Shown here piece by piece: positions 26,756-40,343 of a DNA stretch of 64,000 nucleotides (position 1 is the stretch's first letter; each line of letters opens with the position of its first letter). A model generated the notes under the pieces. It had not been told where the DNA came from. It saw only the letters and a list, made by a program, of their open reading frames with translations, and did no database searches. Made by a program: the position numbers and the translations under genes. Location: the NCBI GenBank assembly GCA_964016885.1, contig OZ024741.1, positions 45,198,001 through 45,262,000 on the forward strand, read 5' to 3'. The DNA comes from Eledone cirrhosa. Taxonomy: Eukaryota.

Positions 26756-29017
26756 TAGTAGGGGTGTTAGTGGGATGAGTGAGTGTGGAGTGGGGAGAGA
26801 AGGGTGTGTGTGGTTCTATGGAGGGAGTGTGGTGTACTGGTGTGTGTGTGTAGTTTGGTGAGGAGGTGTTAGTCGGTGTTAGTAGACGGGAGGTGGGGAG
26901 GGGTGGAATGCAGGTGTGAGTGGGGGTTAGTGGGGGTAGGGTGTGTAGAGTTGGTGGTGTACGAGGGTGTGTGGGTACGTGTGCGTGGGGTTGGAGGGTG
27001 TTAGTGATGTTAGTTGGGGAAGGGTGGTCAGATGAGGGGTGGAGTGGAGGTGTTAGTATTGTTAGTGTGGGGTGGGCGGTGAAAAGGAGGGGTGTGTTAG
27101 TGGTGTTAGTGGGGGATAAGTGGGGGAGGGGGCGGTCGAACGCTAAAGGAATAAGGGTGGGGAGTTCAGGCCGGAGGGAGTGTGGGTCTGTAAGATGAAG
27201 ATAGTACGTTGTTCGACCGTGAGGCGATGGGCGGGTGTTCCGTGGCACTGGAGTAGGCCACAGACTGTGAGATGGCGTGCGGAGTGTCCAGGGCCACCAA
27301 AGTGGCGGGCGATGGGGGAACTGCCCCCGAGACGTTAGTCCCGGAGGTGCTCCGTGACTCGGTCCGCCAGGCGGCGTCCCGTCTGTCCGACATATGTCGC
27401 GCTGCACCTCGTGCAACGAAGTCCGTAGACTAGGTTGGAGGAGGTGCAGCGGAAGGCATGCCGGACCGAGAGAGGGTGGCCGTTGGGACCCTGGAAGGTG
27501 GTGGTGTTGGTGATGTGGGGACAGGTGTTGCAGCGGGGCCTAGAACAGAGGAAGGAACCGGGGGGGGAAACAGAGCGTGGGTTGGGGGGTAGGGAGCTGT
27601 GGACGAGGAGGGTGCGGAGATTGCGTGCGCGTTTGAAGGAGGGGAGTGGTGGGGTTGGGAAGATGTGGGAGGTGGAGGGGTCGGACTGGAGGTGTCGGAA
27701 GAGGCGGCGGATGGTGCGGTGGAGGGGTAAGGTGGAGGGGTGGTAGGTGATGGGGAAGGGGAGACGGTGGGTGGGTGTGCGGTGGCGTGGAGTGAGGGTG
27801 GTGGAGCGGGGGATAGCACGGGCGCGGGTGAGAGCGGTGTGGACGAGAAAGGGGGGGCAACCTCTGCGGATGAAATGGCTGACTAGGGAAAGGGCCTGGG
27901 ACTCGAAGTCAGCATCTCGGCTACAGAGGCGGCGGATCCTGAGAAGTTGGGAGTAGGGAATGGAGAGTTTAGTGTGGGTGATGTGGGAAGAGGTGAAGTC
28001 GAGGTAAGAGTGGGAGTCGGTGGGTTTGAAGAAGGCGGAGGTGACGAGGGAGTGGTGGGAGGGGTCGAAGGCGACGGAGATGTCCAAGAAGTGGACGTGG
28101 GTGGTGGAGATAGAGGTGGTGAAGTGGAGGGAGTGGTGGAAGGAGCAGAAGAAGGAGAGAAAGGAGTCGAGCTGTACTCGGGTGAGGGTCGTGGCTCCGA
28201 TACAGTCGTCAATGTAACGACCGTACAGTTCGGGCGTTGGGCCGGTGTACTGGGCAAAGATTTGGGCCTCAACATGGCCAACAAAAAGGTTGGCATAGTT
28301 TGGGCCCATTCTTGTGCCCATGGCTACCCCCGTGACCTGTTGGTAAAACTCACCCGAGAAGGAGAAACAATTTAGGGTGAGGACCAGCTCGGCGAGGCGA
28401 AGGAGGGTGGGGGTGGAGGGAATGGGGGAGGGGCGAAGGTCGAGGTAGTGTTTGAGGGCGCGAAGGCCGTCGGCGTGGGGGATGACTCTATAGAGGGACT
28501 TGATGTCTAGGGTGAAGAGGAATGGCTGAGGGCCGGGTAGGTAGGTGAAGGAGTCGAAAAGGCGCAGGGCGTGGTTGGTGTCAGAGATGTGGGAGGGGAG
28601 GGTGGTGACAAGGGGGGCGAGGAGGGAGTCGAGAAAGGCGGAGATGAGTTCGGTGGGGCAGTTGCAAGCGGAGACGATGGGGCGGCCGGGGTTGTCGGGT
28701 TTGTGGAGTTTGGGGAGGAAGTAGATGGTGGGGGTGCGGGGGGTGCGGACGAGGAGGTGGGAAGCGGTGGGAGGGAGGAGGGAGGAGGCGATAAGGTCTT
28801 TGATGGTGGAGGAGACTTGTTGTTGGTAGAGGGGGGTGGGATCGGAGGGTAGAGGGCGGTAAAAGAGGGGGTTACAGAGCTGCCTGAGGGCTTCGGCCGT
28901 GTAGAGGTCCGCGCGCCATACCACCACAGCGCCTCCCTTGTCCGCCGGTTTGATGACGATGTCATCTCGGCTACGGAGGGAGCGGAGAGCGAGGAGTTCG
29001 CCCCGTGAGATGTTGTG
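25762..29017 (-). mobile_element. 5'-truncated Penelope-like element (Neptune-type Cys linker), GC-rich, flanked by (TA)n
   Basis: RT/GIY-YIG ORF, long C-rich 3' UTR, hammerhead core CTGAAGA a gggc-ttat-gccc GAAA cgtc at 25853-25887 (minus). Confidence 0.93.
27160..29017 (-). pseudogene. PLE RT plus GIY-YIG ORF (5'-truncated, one in-frame stop at 27335)
   Basis: IVIKPADKGGAVVV, FLPKLHKPDNPGRPIVS, LDIKSLY, QVTGVAMGT, RYIDD, CSRPRCNTC, LVYGLRC..YVGQTGRRLADRVTEH. Confidence 0.93.
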
Positions 29018-29506
29018 ATATATATATATATATATATTCCCTCTGAAACATTCTCTACGTCCATTCACCCACTAGATTTATAAATATGTTATTACTATTC
29101 ATTGCACATCCGTTATCTTACAGGTAACAACAATTTATTTACATACCGACGGTTGACGGCTTGAAAATCCATGCTTGTTCATAAGTGTTAATGTATATTT
29201 CACGAATAATAATAGCCCCTTTCTGTATATTATAATTGCAGATTGTATTAATATGGGGGGGAGGGGGGGGGGGGGGGGCATTACATTATTTATAATTTTT
29301 TTTTTTTTTTATGTTACGTATTTTTTTGTTTTGTTGTTATTTTCTATTCTACGAATCATTTATTTAGTTTCGTATTGTCTGTTAACAATTATTCTTATTT
29401 GTCAGTTTCCTTTTCACCATCGTCATCACAAGGGCTGTCGTCACCAACGTCATCATCCTCACAATCATTTACATCGTCATCGCCGACTTTCTCATCCTCG
29501 TCGTCG

Positions 29507-29548
<42 letters not shown>

Positions 29549-29639
29549 GTATCATCTTCATCAACATTTTTTTATTATTATATTTCTTCTTATTATTATT
29601 GTTATTATTATTTCATTGTCATGCAGTGTAGATAGTTTA

Positions 29640-31320
29640 TGCACAGGAATATATAGTCGTTTGAAAAGACAAAACAAGGTTACCAGATAGATAATACTTT
29701 CCTTAAAATAATGGGTGCAGTACATAGCACGGCTGATTTTTGTATGTCACCGATCCTACATGGCGTTCCCAACCACTTTAAGAAGTCTTGAAGCTTCAAT
29801 CGGATTGACCCTAATGCTCTGATCACAACTGACATAACTTTCACGTTACCCTTGCGCATTCCAAACAGTCTTGTCATTTCCCTTGTACGTGATGATCTTT
29901 TCAACCACTTCACTCGCAATATTTATGTCAATCTAACATAATTTGTCTCTCTTGTTCAATACGAATATTTCCGGCAGGCGGCGCTCAATTTTTCTATCAG
30001 ACTGAAAATCATAATCCCACAATATCGTTGCTTTCCTATCCTGCTACATTAATGTACCACATTGCAGCTCTTCAACCAAAAGTCATGGACCTTTCATATC
30101 TCTTCGTCTATTACCTTTTTGCAATTTTGTCATCATGGTCTCTATCTACTCGGCATCCCTCCTATACAATACAGTGTTTCCTCATGTCACATTCCAGAAC
30201 TCCTTGACCTAGTCAGCATTAGGAACAACACCTTTACCATTGACTTCTTCCAAAGTGTGGAAGAATTGTGTTTATTTCAGAATAATGTTTTCATCGAACT
30301 GATTATTTCTATTCAAATATCTTATCTTCTGGCTTTTCGACAAAATCCTTTATTTTAGTGTTTCTCGATCAGCCATTTTTCAATTTGTCCATTCTGCTCT
30401 AGACTTTTGTTCAATTTTATTTACGGCTTGCCTTGCATGCATTATAACATTTTCAATGCGTTTTCTACCCTGGTTCTTTTAACTTTGCTTTGTTTTTGTT
30501 AATTGTAATTTCTCCTCCACAAGTAGTGCAATAGCGTGGAGAAGATTCCTTGTTTGTGTTAAAAGCCTCTCTCTGGATATGTGGCATCACATTTATCTCT
30601 CTTTGTAATTTCATTTATCATACTCCTATTTATCTTTCTCCTATACTTAGGCATTAATCAAATACATAATGCGTCTTTGCAATTCAAATGAGTCTTCATT
30701 CAATTGGCTCATTCCTCTTGTATAACCATCCACAGCAGAACCAGGGCTCAATCTATACCCTTCCGCTTCAGCAGCCCTAACAGTCCCATCTTGAATTCTC
30801 TTGCCTTGATGTCTGTTTTTCTCTCTGACTTCAACTGTAAAAATGGGTTCAATCTCAACTCTAACCACTCTTTGTTGATCACCCTCAGCTACCCTTAAAC
30901 ATTCACTAATCTGAGATATTTCTTCCAAGTTGAAAAGCTCTCCTCTTGGCCACCCTTACTTAATTCATTAGTTTGTTTTTTGATAAGGAAAACACGACCT
31001 TTTCCATCCAGAAATCCAAATTATGTTGCATTACTCCACGGCTGCACGCCCATGTTTTGTGCGATCTGTTCCTTTTAAACATCAATCCAGAGTCAGATTA
31101 CTTCCCCTATTAATGCGGGTTCCAAACATGACGTGCATGAGACCTTCACTGTAATTGGTTCCAGCATCATTTCCGTAGTTACATATTTCATTATAATTTT
31201 GCATCATGATTCCATGAAAGTGATTCATGGTGTTTTCATTTCAAAGAATACTTTTGTTGAGATATTATCTCTGCATTACCTGTCTTACCAGGTTGAAAAG
31301 TGTCTTTATAATAATTGTTT
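29640..31320 (-). mobile_element. Degraded R4/Dong-type RLE LINE relic
   Basis: C-terminus VVIRALGSI...IQKSAVLCTAPIILRKVL and ATILWDYDFQSDRKIERRLPEI (RLE). The upstream part is heavily decayed and its boundary is uncertain. Confidence 0.7.
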
Positions 31321-31399
31321 CTGATTTAGGCAAAAAGCCAATACTTTTGGCATGTCGAGTAAAGGAGTAGTGATGTTGTTGCTGCTGCTGATTTTCTGT

Positions 31400-31720
31400 T
31401 TTCTCGGTTAAATGTAGCCATAAAAACGAGTTTTTGCTGTTTTTCTTTTTCTTTTTGCAACTAACACCTAGTGATGACTTCTGGTTTCCTAGGCCCTAGT
31501 ACCACCTCCCTATTCACCTCCGCGAGCTGGAATAGCTCTTCCAACGCGTCTCCCTCACCATCCTCCGGCGTAACGCATTCTCTATTCTGTACGCCGGGGC
31601 TGCGAGGCGGCCAGCCCGTGGGCCCCTATTTACTTATAATAGTGAGGGATGGGGAGAACGGGAGTGACGGAGGCAGCGACCACGGGAGTTCGGTTCCATT
31701 GTATTCGGACCTGGTATATA
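31400..31720 (-). repeat. GC-rich repeat copy 2, leading into an RTE-like APE start (..VFMATFN)
   Basis: Homologous to 22530-22805. Downstream on the minus strand is ATGGCTACATTTAAC. Confidence 0.65.
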
Positions 31721-32159
31721 TGTATATTTATTTACTACACCGCATTACATATAGTAGAGAGGTTGACATCTATCTTCCGCTTTCTCCTCAAACTTTAAAC
31801 TATCAATTTTGAATGTTTCGTATTTGGGGGAAAAGATAAACTTTGAAAACGCTCACAAGAGTCTGTTTCATTGAGGAAAATATATCTGACGTTTACAGCG
31901 CTTGCTTGGTCCCTAATGGAAACGAATTATGTTGCGTTTTGCCGGTCGATGTCGGTGTAAATATGTAAAATTGGATGACAGGTTACCCACGTTTGAAAAA
32001 GCTTGTGTACATCGCTTTCGTCTAGTGCTATTGTTTAAATATAATATTATGTCTTTGGCTTTGGATATGTATCTGTCTTTGTTCTATTTTTTTTATTATT
32101 TCCACATCTACTTTTTATAAGTATCATTTCTGTTTTCATCATAAACGTTCTAGATATTT

Positions 32160-32850
32160 CTATCTCCTGATCTTTATGTTTGTATAATTTGTTTCCTATG
32201 AAAGATATGTTGTCATCATGGGGCGTTGATACGTCAGTTAGACGGCATTTTATTGATCCTTAATGGTTGAATACAACATCTGATTCAGTTCATAAGTTTT
32301 TGTCTTCCTGTCTGTGTTTATCAGCATATCCCGGTGTATGGTTGCTTTGTTATTCTCTGATAGCCTTTCATATTTATGTCAATTGGTATATGACATAACT
32401 TCCAGTGTGTATTAATCCCAATTCTAGGTATGCCTGTTTTTATATTAGTTTGGGGCAACCAGAAAAAATGTGGTTAATTGTTTCTTCCGTCTCTTGTTAC
32501 TTACTGTATTCTGCTTCATTGTGTACTTTTTGAGCTGAAATATTCGAATCTTTCAGTTTTGGTTTTTAAGATTATAATTTCTCCTTGAACCATCCGCATT
32601 TTTCTAGCCATTTAATTGTATATTTATTTCTCATCTTAATATACCATGACACTATTCTTTATTATCAATTTTCCATTTTCCATTGTGTCAGCCTTTCTTA
32701 TCATATCACTTATATTATCATGTAAATCTGATATATCATTTATTCTTATCATACCACGTTTTTATCGTCATGTCAATATGCATTATCATCTCACTCTTTC
32801 TGTCGTCCATATATTTTATTATGTAATTCTTTAAAAATGATCATATCATG
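32160..32850 (-). mobile_element. Degraded R4/Dong-type LINE fragment (CCHC-RLE region)
   Basis: Minus strand, across frameshifts: ETEETINHIFSGCPKL..HWKLC..ENNKATIHRDMLINTDRK. Confidence 0.65.
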
Positions 32851-33539
32851 TTGCTTCTTCGGCTTGTTTATTTCATTGAGATATTCTTTGTGTAATCAAA
32901 CCTACGATAAATGTTATTCCACCCATCGTAGTGTCGTTTCATTCCTAGCCAGAATGTCACCAGAAATATCTTCGCCATTGGCTTTTATTTGGAATATGTT
33001 ACAGTGTTATTTCAGGGCAATTTCGAGACGGATTTTTATTAGCATTTACATGCGGTACGCTGGCTCCTATTATAGGAATAATTATGGACGAATGGGAATT
33101 AAACTGTATTAATTATGCAATTTCGTCACAAATAGCCAACCATTAAAAGTCTGGAAATATGTGAACTCATGAGCAGCTACACATCCCTCCATGATAGTGC
33201 ACGAGAATATTGCACATATCGCTACTGTAACAACACAAAAAGCACTGTTAAACTGGCATTAATATAATCACGAAGTAATGCAGCACATTGTTTAAGTAAA
33301 CATGCATATCCGATTTATTGTTCGCCTTAGCAATATGTATCCACTGAGAGTTATAGACCTGAATTGAGTTGCTGAGGAGACCCCAAACAGAAGTAAAACA
33401 TTACTGTTGAAGGAACAATGAGGCTTTATATAAGTGGCAAACTATTATAAGATAACTATTGGAAATCTTCAAAGATATCTAATGAAGAACAAAGAAAAGT
33501 TATGAGATATAGCTACGAAATATGAACTAAACCAAAACA

Positions 33540-34252
33540 TGATATCTGTTTTCAAGTTTCAACTTCTGCTTGAGGAGTCATCGCCGCTTTCTAAAGATCA
33601 CAATTCCCCTCTTCAACGATTCTATGGTCTTTGCCAGGACGGTTTGCTTTTCTTTAATGAGCGTCCATGACTGAGCCAAAATTGTCTCTTTTTGGTTAAG
33701 GTCCATGGTGAAGTATGGCCTTTTTTGACTGCTGTAACAGCGAAAGATTTCTTCTTGTTATCCATGTTGATGTTTTCCGTGCTGTTGATGGTCACATTTT
33801 TGTTGGTGACGTTGTTTTTGGTGTTGTTGTTGTTGCTGCTGCCTTCATTTCCACTGTTGTTTTTGTTGTTATTGGTAATGGTGGTTGATTTACTGCTGTA
33901 CTTGTTGTTATTGTTCATGGTACCATTTAGGTTGTCGCTGTCATGTGTGTTCGTTTTAATTGGGTTTTAAGTTTTCTTTTTTTTTATGTGATAAGCATTA
34001 GCAAGCCGTAAAGTCCGCTTTGTTTTCTCGAGATAAGTTCTGGTTGCTGCTGTTGCTGGTCTTTTTTTACTTCTGTTATTAGTTTCAGAATTTGGACTGT
34101 TCCACTCTATGGACAGTCCACCATTCCGTTTAGTAGACGCAACATCTTTATCCGCTATCTTAATTTTCGCAGAAAATTTAGGGCCGTGTTTGAAAACGAA
34201 ACACAGATTTAGTCCTTAAGGGCTTCAACTAGAACTTTAAAAACTTGTTCAC
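33540..34252 (-). mobile_element. 5' fragment of an L1/Tx1-type LINE (5' UTR plus Asn-rich ORF1 N-terminus)
   Basis: Asn/Thr-rich tract then KKSFAVTAVKK, comparable to TTFAAAAAAK and TTSFAGVAR in the neighbouring ORF1s. Abuts (CTA)n/(TAA)n. Confidence 0.6.
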
Positions 34253-34255
34253 AAA

Positions 34256-34276
34256 GATACTACTCTACTACTATTG

Positions 34277-34324
<48 letters not shown>

Positions 34325-34325
34325 A

Positions 34326-34400
<75 letters not shown>
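34256..34400. repeat. (CTA)n-(TAA)n microsatellite
   Basis: Direct read of the sequence. Confidence 0.97.
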
Positions 34401-34403
<3 letters not shown>

Positions 34404-34677
34404 TTTCATTTATTAGCCACAAGGGCCGACATGTAGGGGACAATACAAAGACAGGGACAGTGGGGGTTTACAATAAGGTCGAGTAAAAGTGCACAATGGC
34501 AAGACTAATTTAACAATGAAAATATAAAATATAAAATAAACTATGCAAAACATAACAAAATAAATTCCCCGATAGGGGGTGGACGACTCTGGGGTGATTC
34601 GGGTACCCCACCAATCCTGAACCACCCTGCGCTTCTAGGGCACCCAGGAGAGCACCCCTCTCCTCAAGTTAGCTAGC

Positions 34678-37600
34678 CTATAGGCGCATGGTCAGAGTAG
34701 GCCCATTCACACGAGCCATTCTTGCCACATTCAACCACCTTTTAGCAAATGTACTGAGGGGCAGCACTTCTCTCTCCACCCTCACCCTCCTTTCCAGGTG
34801 AAACTTGAAGAAGTTGATGAGGGATTGGCCGAAGAGAAAAGTGTCTGTCTTTAGTCCTTTCAACCTGGTCCACCATATAATCTCTTTCGCAACTGCCACC
34901 AGACAGAGGAAAATGGCCTGCTCTTCCTGACCTAAGGAAGGTGGCGGCTCGATCTTCACTATGGACTCGGCCGATAACTGGATTCGTTCCACACGCGACA
35001 GTAGCTGTTCGACATAACGCCACAAGTCAGTAATGCACGGACATTGGACAAGTGCGTGCAGAACGGTTTCGTCGTTCTGTGCGCATCTTGGGCAGGTCCG
35101 TCTGACAGCACTTCCGTGCCTGTAGAGTTTATCCCGAACCGGCAGTGCCCCCCGGTAGCGAGGGATTTCTGGAAATTGTCCATCGTCCACGTCTCAAAAG
35201 TCCTCCGGTACAGACTGGTCAGTTCGACTTCGTCGAGGCCCAAAGCTTCTCCGAGTGCGTCATCGCACTTGCCCACCACTAATCCGCTATAAAACTCGAG
35301 AGTGGAAGTTCCACTGATCGCATTGCACGCTTGGTAGAGGGCAGTGAGTGCCTGGCAACATTCCAGGTGCCAGTCACCCAGTCTCGGTCTCTTCTTGACC
35401 CAGGACTGCAGCTCAGTCAAAGAAATGAGCTGCGGAAAGGCCCGTCTGATAAACGGCGACCACACCTGTTCACCATTGAGGCAGAATATCTGGAGATGTC
35501 GCAGCCTCAACGCATGTCTGCGCATCATTAGCCACGGCATGCCCAGCCCTCCGTAAAGAGGGTGCTGGCAGCAGATGGACCGCCTCACCAACGGAACTTG
35601 TCCCCTCCACAAGAATTTGAAGAGGAGCCGTTCCAACTTGACGAGGCGCGGACGGGGGCAAGGCACGACGGTTAGGCGGTAATAGGTGACGGACGCGATG
35701 TACGCATTCGCCACCTCCGCGCGACCTTTCAGTGATAGCTTCCTCCCAGCCCATTTTTGGGTGAGACTGGCTACTCTGCTCGTTACCTCGTTCCAATTCT
35801 TTTCCACCTGGAGGTCTGGTCCGAACCAAACCCCGAGCAACTTTACTGGTCCGTCCGTCCAGCGCCCCACGACGCTGTTGGACGGCATGGGCTTGCCTCT
35901 CCAGGTTCCGAGCTGCAAGCCCACCGACATTTCCGGGTTAAGTTTGGCTCCTGTCAACCTTTCATATTCTTTCAATAAGGTGCCGACCACCTCGATTTCT
36001 GAGGTGTTCGACACCATCACGGTGATGTCGTCCGCATAAGCCGACACCGCCTTTCCACGTCCCAGTTCGAGCGGGATGCCCTGCAACAGCTCCAGCTTCC
36101 GCAGTAAAGGCTCGAGAGTCAATACGTACAGAATGGAGGGGAGAGGGCACCCTTGACGGACCGATCGGGAGAGTCGAAATGGTTCCGAGAGGTGGCCATT
36201 AACTTTGACCACCGAGCGTGTGCCGCTGTGCATTGCAACGATCCAGCTTCTAAAGACAGGGCCGAAGCCAGCTGCTTTGAGGACAAACTCCAGATACCGA
36301 TGGTCGACCCTATCGAATGCTTTCGATTGATCTAAATTGATCAGTGCCCCACCGAAGCCAGGTTTACACCCTACCCTCTCTATGATGTATCGCATGAGGT
36401 GGAGATTGTTGTGTATGGACCTGGCTGGGATTGCGCAAGTTTGCGCCTCCCCAACCAAATCCTCGACGACAAGCGCCAATCTCTTTGCTAACACCTTGGC
36501 CAAAATCTTAAACTCTGTGTTGAGCAGAGTTATGGGCCTGAAGTTGTCTAATGTATCCCTCTTGTTCTCGTCTTTCCTTATCAGCGTCACCACTCCCCTG
36601 CTCACAGAAATGGGAATACTCCCATTCTGCTGCCAGTTACAGTAGAGTGCTTCAAGGAGTTCGGAGAACAAGTCTGGCATATTTACGTAAAGCTCGTAGG
36701 GCAGGCCATCCAAGCCTGGTGACTTGCGCCTCATGCAGCCGACAAGGGCGTCCTGAATTTCGGCTGAAGTAATCGGCCTTTCGCAGCGCTCAGCGTCGAC
36801 TGTCGAGATGCGCGGCAAGCCGTCAAGGTAGGGACTGAAATCCGCTACTCTCTCTGACCCGCCACTCTCCCCGAACAACCGAGCAAAGTGCTGGCGAAAG
36901 GCCTCACACATCCGCTTGGAATCGCTTATCTCGTGTCCGTCTCGGTCCGCCAAAGACGGAATTGTGGTTTTATTACCACGCTGCGCCTCCGCCACGCGGG
37001 CCCATCGAACAGCTTTAGTTCCCTCGTTTCTCAGCGCACGCGCCTTAGCTCTGACAATGCAACCTTCGTGTTTGGCATTGAAGAAATGGTCTAATGCCAT
37101 TCTCGCCGCTAGCACGTCAGTTGCGATGCCACTACAAATAGCCTCGTCTAACTTATCTACCAGCTCCCCCTCCTTTCTATTTTTCTCTAACGCTAGTTCT
37201 TTGCTGAACTCTATCGAAGTTACTCTAATCTCTCTTTTGAGAGCCCCCCACCATCTGTTGTTGATGAACCCCCCTGTCAACTTTTGCTTAACTAACTTAT
37301 TGACTCGGTCCCTGTAAGCCTTACGTGCCGGAAATGACATGTTCAGCTTCCAGTAACCCGGTCCTAACCTACGCGTTTTATTTAGGTCGACCGTACAGAT
37401 CACAAATTTGTGATCTGAATAGGCGACCGTTTTAAAAAGTGGACAGCCCACACTATTTCTATCTATTTTCCTAATGAAGATTCTGTCTATATACGATCTA
37501 GATGACCCCATTCGGTTGGTCCATGTCCATACTGGCACATTGGGGAAATCTAGTCGATACCTGTCAGACAGTTGGAACTGGCTGAGTAGGTGCTTGAGGC

Positions 37601-38089
37601 TTTTGCACCCCCCGCTCCTATCGGCTACTCCCACACAATCCCAGCGTGCGTCTAAGATGCCATTCCAGTCCCCCGCTAACAGTAAAGGGCGAGACGTACC
37701 CAGAAAGGTCTCCAGGCGCCTAAAGAAGTCAGGTCGTCCGGCCCCTGTAGGGGCGTAGACGGCCAGCAGTCTAAAGGCACCACCTTCGCTACTATTCACA
37801 TCCAAGACCACCAACTTACCGTCCGGGTCCCGGAAGATCGACCTTACCTCGAGATCCAGTCCTTTACTAAACAGCACTGCCACCCCACCCCCATTCCCGG
37901 CCTGCTAACAGATGCGAAGATCTGATAGTCGTCGAAAATGGGGGCTAGTGCACGCGTGTCGGAAATTCTGGTCTCGCTTACGGCAATCACATCCATTTCC
38001 AGCGACCGGAGGTCGTTGAGCAGGCGACCCTGCTTCCAGGGTGACCCCAGGCCGCGAACATTTAAACTTCCTACTCTTAATATGGCCAT
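34678..38089 (-). pseudogene. ORF2: APE endonuclease, RT and zf-RVT (frameshifted near 37885 and 35160)
   Basis: GSLNVRGL, VSET, AGDWN, SYIDRIF, YSDH, KSPGLDGL, NFRPITLLN, LDQSKAFDRV, RQGCPL, YADD, CPRC..ETVLHALVQC. Confidence 0.95.
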
Positions 38090-38098
38090 ATTGGTAAG

Positions 38099-40076
38099 CT
38101 AAGAGAGAGAGAGGGAAGGTTTACTTACCTCCCGGGTCTTGTGAAGGTCGGGTGGTTCGACCTCCATGGTTGGTGGGGTTTCTTTTGGGAACCCCTTTAA
38201 AAGTCTTGATGTGGGTTTCACATTCGGGTTTCCCACGTCTTGAGGAAAGCTCTCTCGAATTTCTTTGAAAGAATTGAGTGACATTCGGACCAGAAGCAAA
38301 TATTCTGGCACGCAAAATGTGCTCATTTCAAAAATCTCCCCCTCTGTTTGAATGTCCTCGCTTCGCGCTAAGAGGGCCATCAGTTTATCGTTGGCCCTTC
38401 TGACAAGCACGAAGTTTTTAACATTTTGTTGGTGTGGTTTTATTTGTTTTCGTTTTGGTGAAGGTGGTGGCGATGGTTTTGGTGGTGTTGTTTCGGGTAT
38501 GTCTATGTTTGTTGTAGGTGTGGTGTCTGCAATTTCAGGTATTTGTGTGTTTATTTGTACTTGTGTTTGTTTAGGTTGTTTGCGTTTCGGGGATTGTGGA
38601 GGTGGTGTCGATGTTGCTGATGTTATTGGGGAAGTGTCTGCGTTAGTGGTGTCTGTATTTTTTGTTGTGTGTGCTTTTGTGTTTTGTAGGGGCTTTTTTT
38701 TTGTGTGAGTTTTCTCTGTTTTTTGCACTTTTGGGTTTTCCTTCATCTTCGCTGCTGGAAGACAAAGGGTCTGTGTCTGTGAGTGTCTCTGTGTCTGTGT
38801 GTGCGTTTATTTTTTTTTTGTCTATGTATATAGTTGGGGGGGTAGGGGGAGTGGGAGAGCTTTCCTCGTTTTCTCCTTGGATTGGTTTTGATGTTGGTGG
38901 TGATCCGGCTGCTTTTGATGTTGGTGTCCGTGTTTTTGTTGATGTTGTTTTTGGTGGTGGTGGTGGTGCAGCTTTTCGTGCTGACACTGGCGTTGGCAAC
39001 AAAGGAGGTTTGCGACCCCCTGCATGTTTGCGCTGAGAGCAGAAGGCTTGAAGATGCGTGGCTTCCCCGCAAACGAAGCAGCGTGGCCTTCTTCCGTCAA
39101 TCATTAGTTGGATTGTTGTCCCGTCCTGCAGGCGGGCAAAATCTGGGATGTTATTTATATCCTCCGGTTTCATTTGGAGAAGAATCTCCAAATCCATTCC
39201 GGACCAGTCTTCTCTCTCTGTCCTTTTGATGTCCAGGAGGGTGGTGTCTGTCCCCTCCTCGATTACGCATCCCAGCAGCCACCATATGTTCATTCCTGGT
39301 GGGATGCTGGGAATGCGTACTTTCACTGTCCTTTTACCCATATAGGATGGATGCATGATAATGCGTTCCGTTCTGCAGGGGATCACCGAGTGCTTAATAG
39401 CGAGGGCCTCGGATTTGAACAGTACCGAGATGGTACCGAACTGTTTGCCTCTTGCTTTGTATTCTATGTTACTACAGATGTACTCCAACGCAGCCTCTAC
39501 CTCTGCTTGGCTCGCAAGTTCCACTTTTCGTGTCTGCACCGAAATACATCGAAAGAGCACCGTCCTCATTTGCATGGCCGCTATTGCCTCGTCCGGGATG
39601 GTCATGTTTGCCCAGGACTTCTCCCGTTTAATTAGCCTCCACGCTTTGGCTAACTGTTCGTCTTTATCGCTAATATCAATATCGATATTCAATAAGCGCT
39701 TTGTTTTTGCTGCTGCTGCTGCAGCAAATGTGGTGTTTCTGATGCTCTTATTGTTGTTGATGTCATTCTTGCTGTTGCCACCGCCATCCTTGTTTACATT
39801 GAAGCTGTCGGTGTTTTTGTCGTTATTGCTCTGAGTTGTTGTTGTTGTGGTGGTGGTGGTGGTGGTGGTGGTGGCGGTGGTGTTGATGTCGTTTTCAGAT
39901 GATACTGCTGCTATGCCAGAAGATTGTGATGGTAGCTTTTTAGTTTTGCCTTCACATTCAGTAGAGTGGATAACAGGCATGACTGTAGCCGTCGTAGTCG
40001 TGGTGAAATCTGCAGTGGCTGCCTTTAAACTTTTGACCTGAACGTTGTTTACCGTTTCAAGGTCGAAAATTTCCAT
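38099..40076 (-). pseudogene. ORF1: gag-like protein with CCHC zinc knuckle (frameshift near the poly-T run at ~38700)
   Basis: CFVCGEATHLQAFC knuckle, Thr/Asn-rich N-terminus, Pro/Thr-rich C-terminus. Stop codon 9 nt before the ORF2 ATG. Confidence 0.9.
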
Positions 40077-40303
40077 AATTTTCTTTTGGTGGGGAAGCGA
40101 TTTTTTTTTCGAAGATTTTAAAAATAAATCTGAATATTCGGGCTTAAAGCCCGAATATTGAGAGGTATCCCTCTCTTTAAATCAAGATGTGTACCTTAAG
40201 TTTCGTTAATGACAAGAAAATACAAAAAAAAGACACTTTAAAACGGGTTAAAGCTACGAACCGTTTCCCCCGAAGACTTGTCTGTCTTCACACATGTGCG
40301 GCC

Positions 40304-40342
<39 letters not shown>

Positions 40343-40343
<1 letters not shown>

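Larger units (their letters stand above)
34401..40303 (-). mobile_element. Full-length (~5.9 kb) L1/Tx1-type non-LTR retrotransposon in (TAA)n
   Basis: 5' UTR, ORF1, ORF2 and a 3' UTR ending gcccttgtggctaataaatgaaatc(att)n. TAA tracts on both sides. Confidence 0.95.

Noticed and set aside
26496-28852. Pro/Thr/His-rich and Gly/Val-rich ORFs
   Set aside because: Alternative or antisense frames of the C-rich PLE ORF and 3' UTR.
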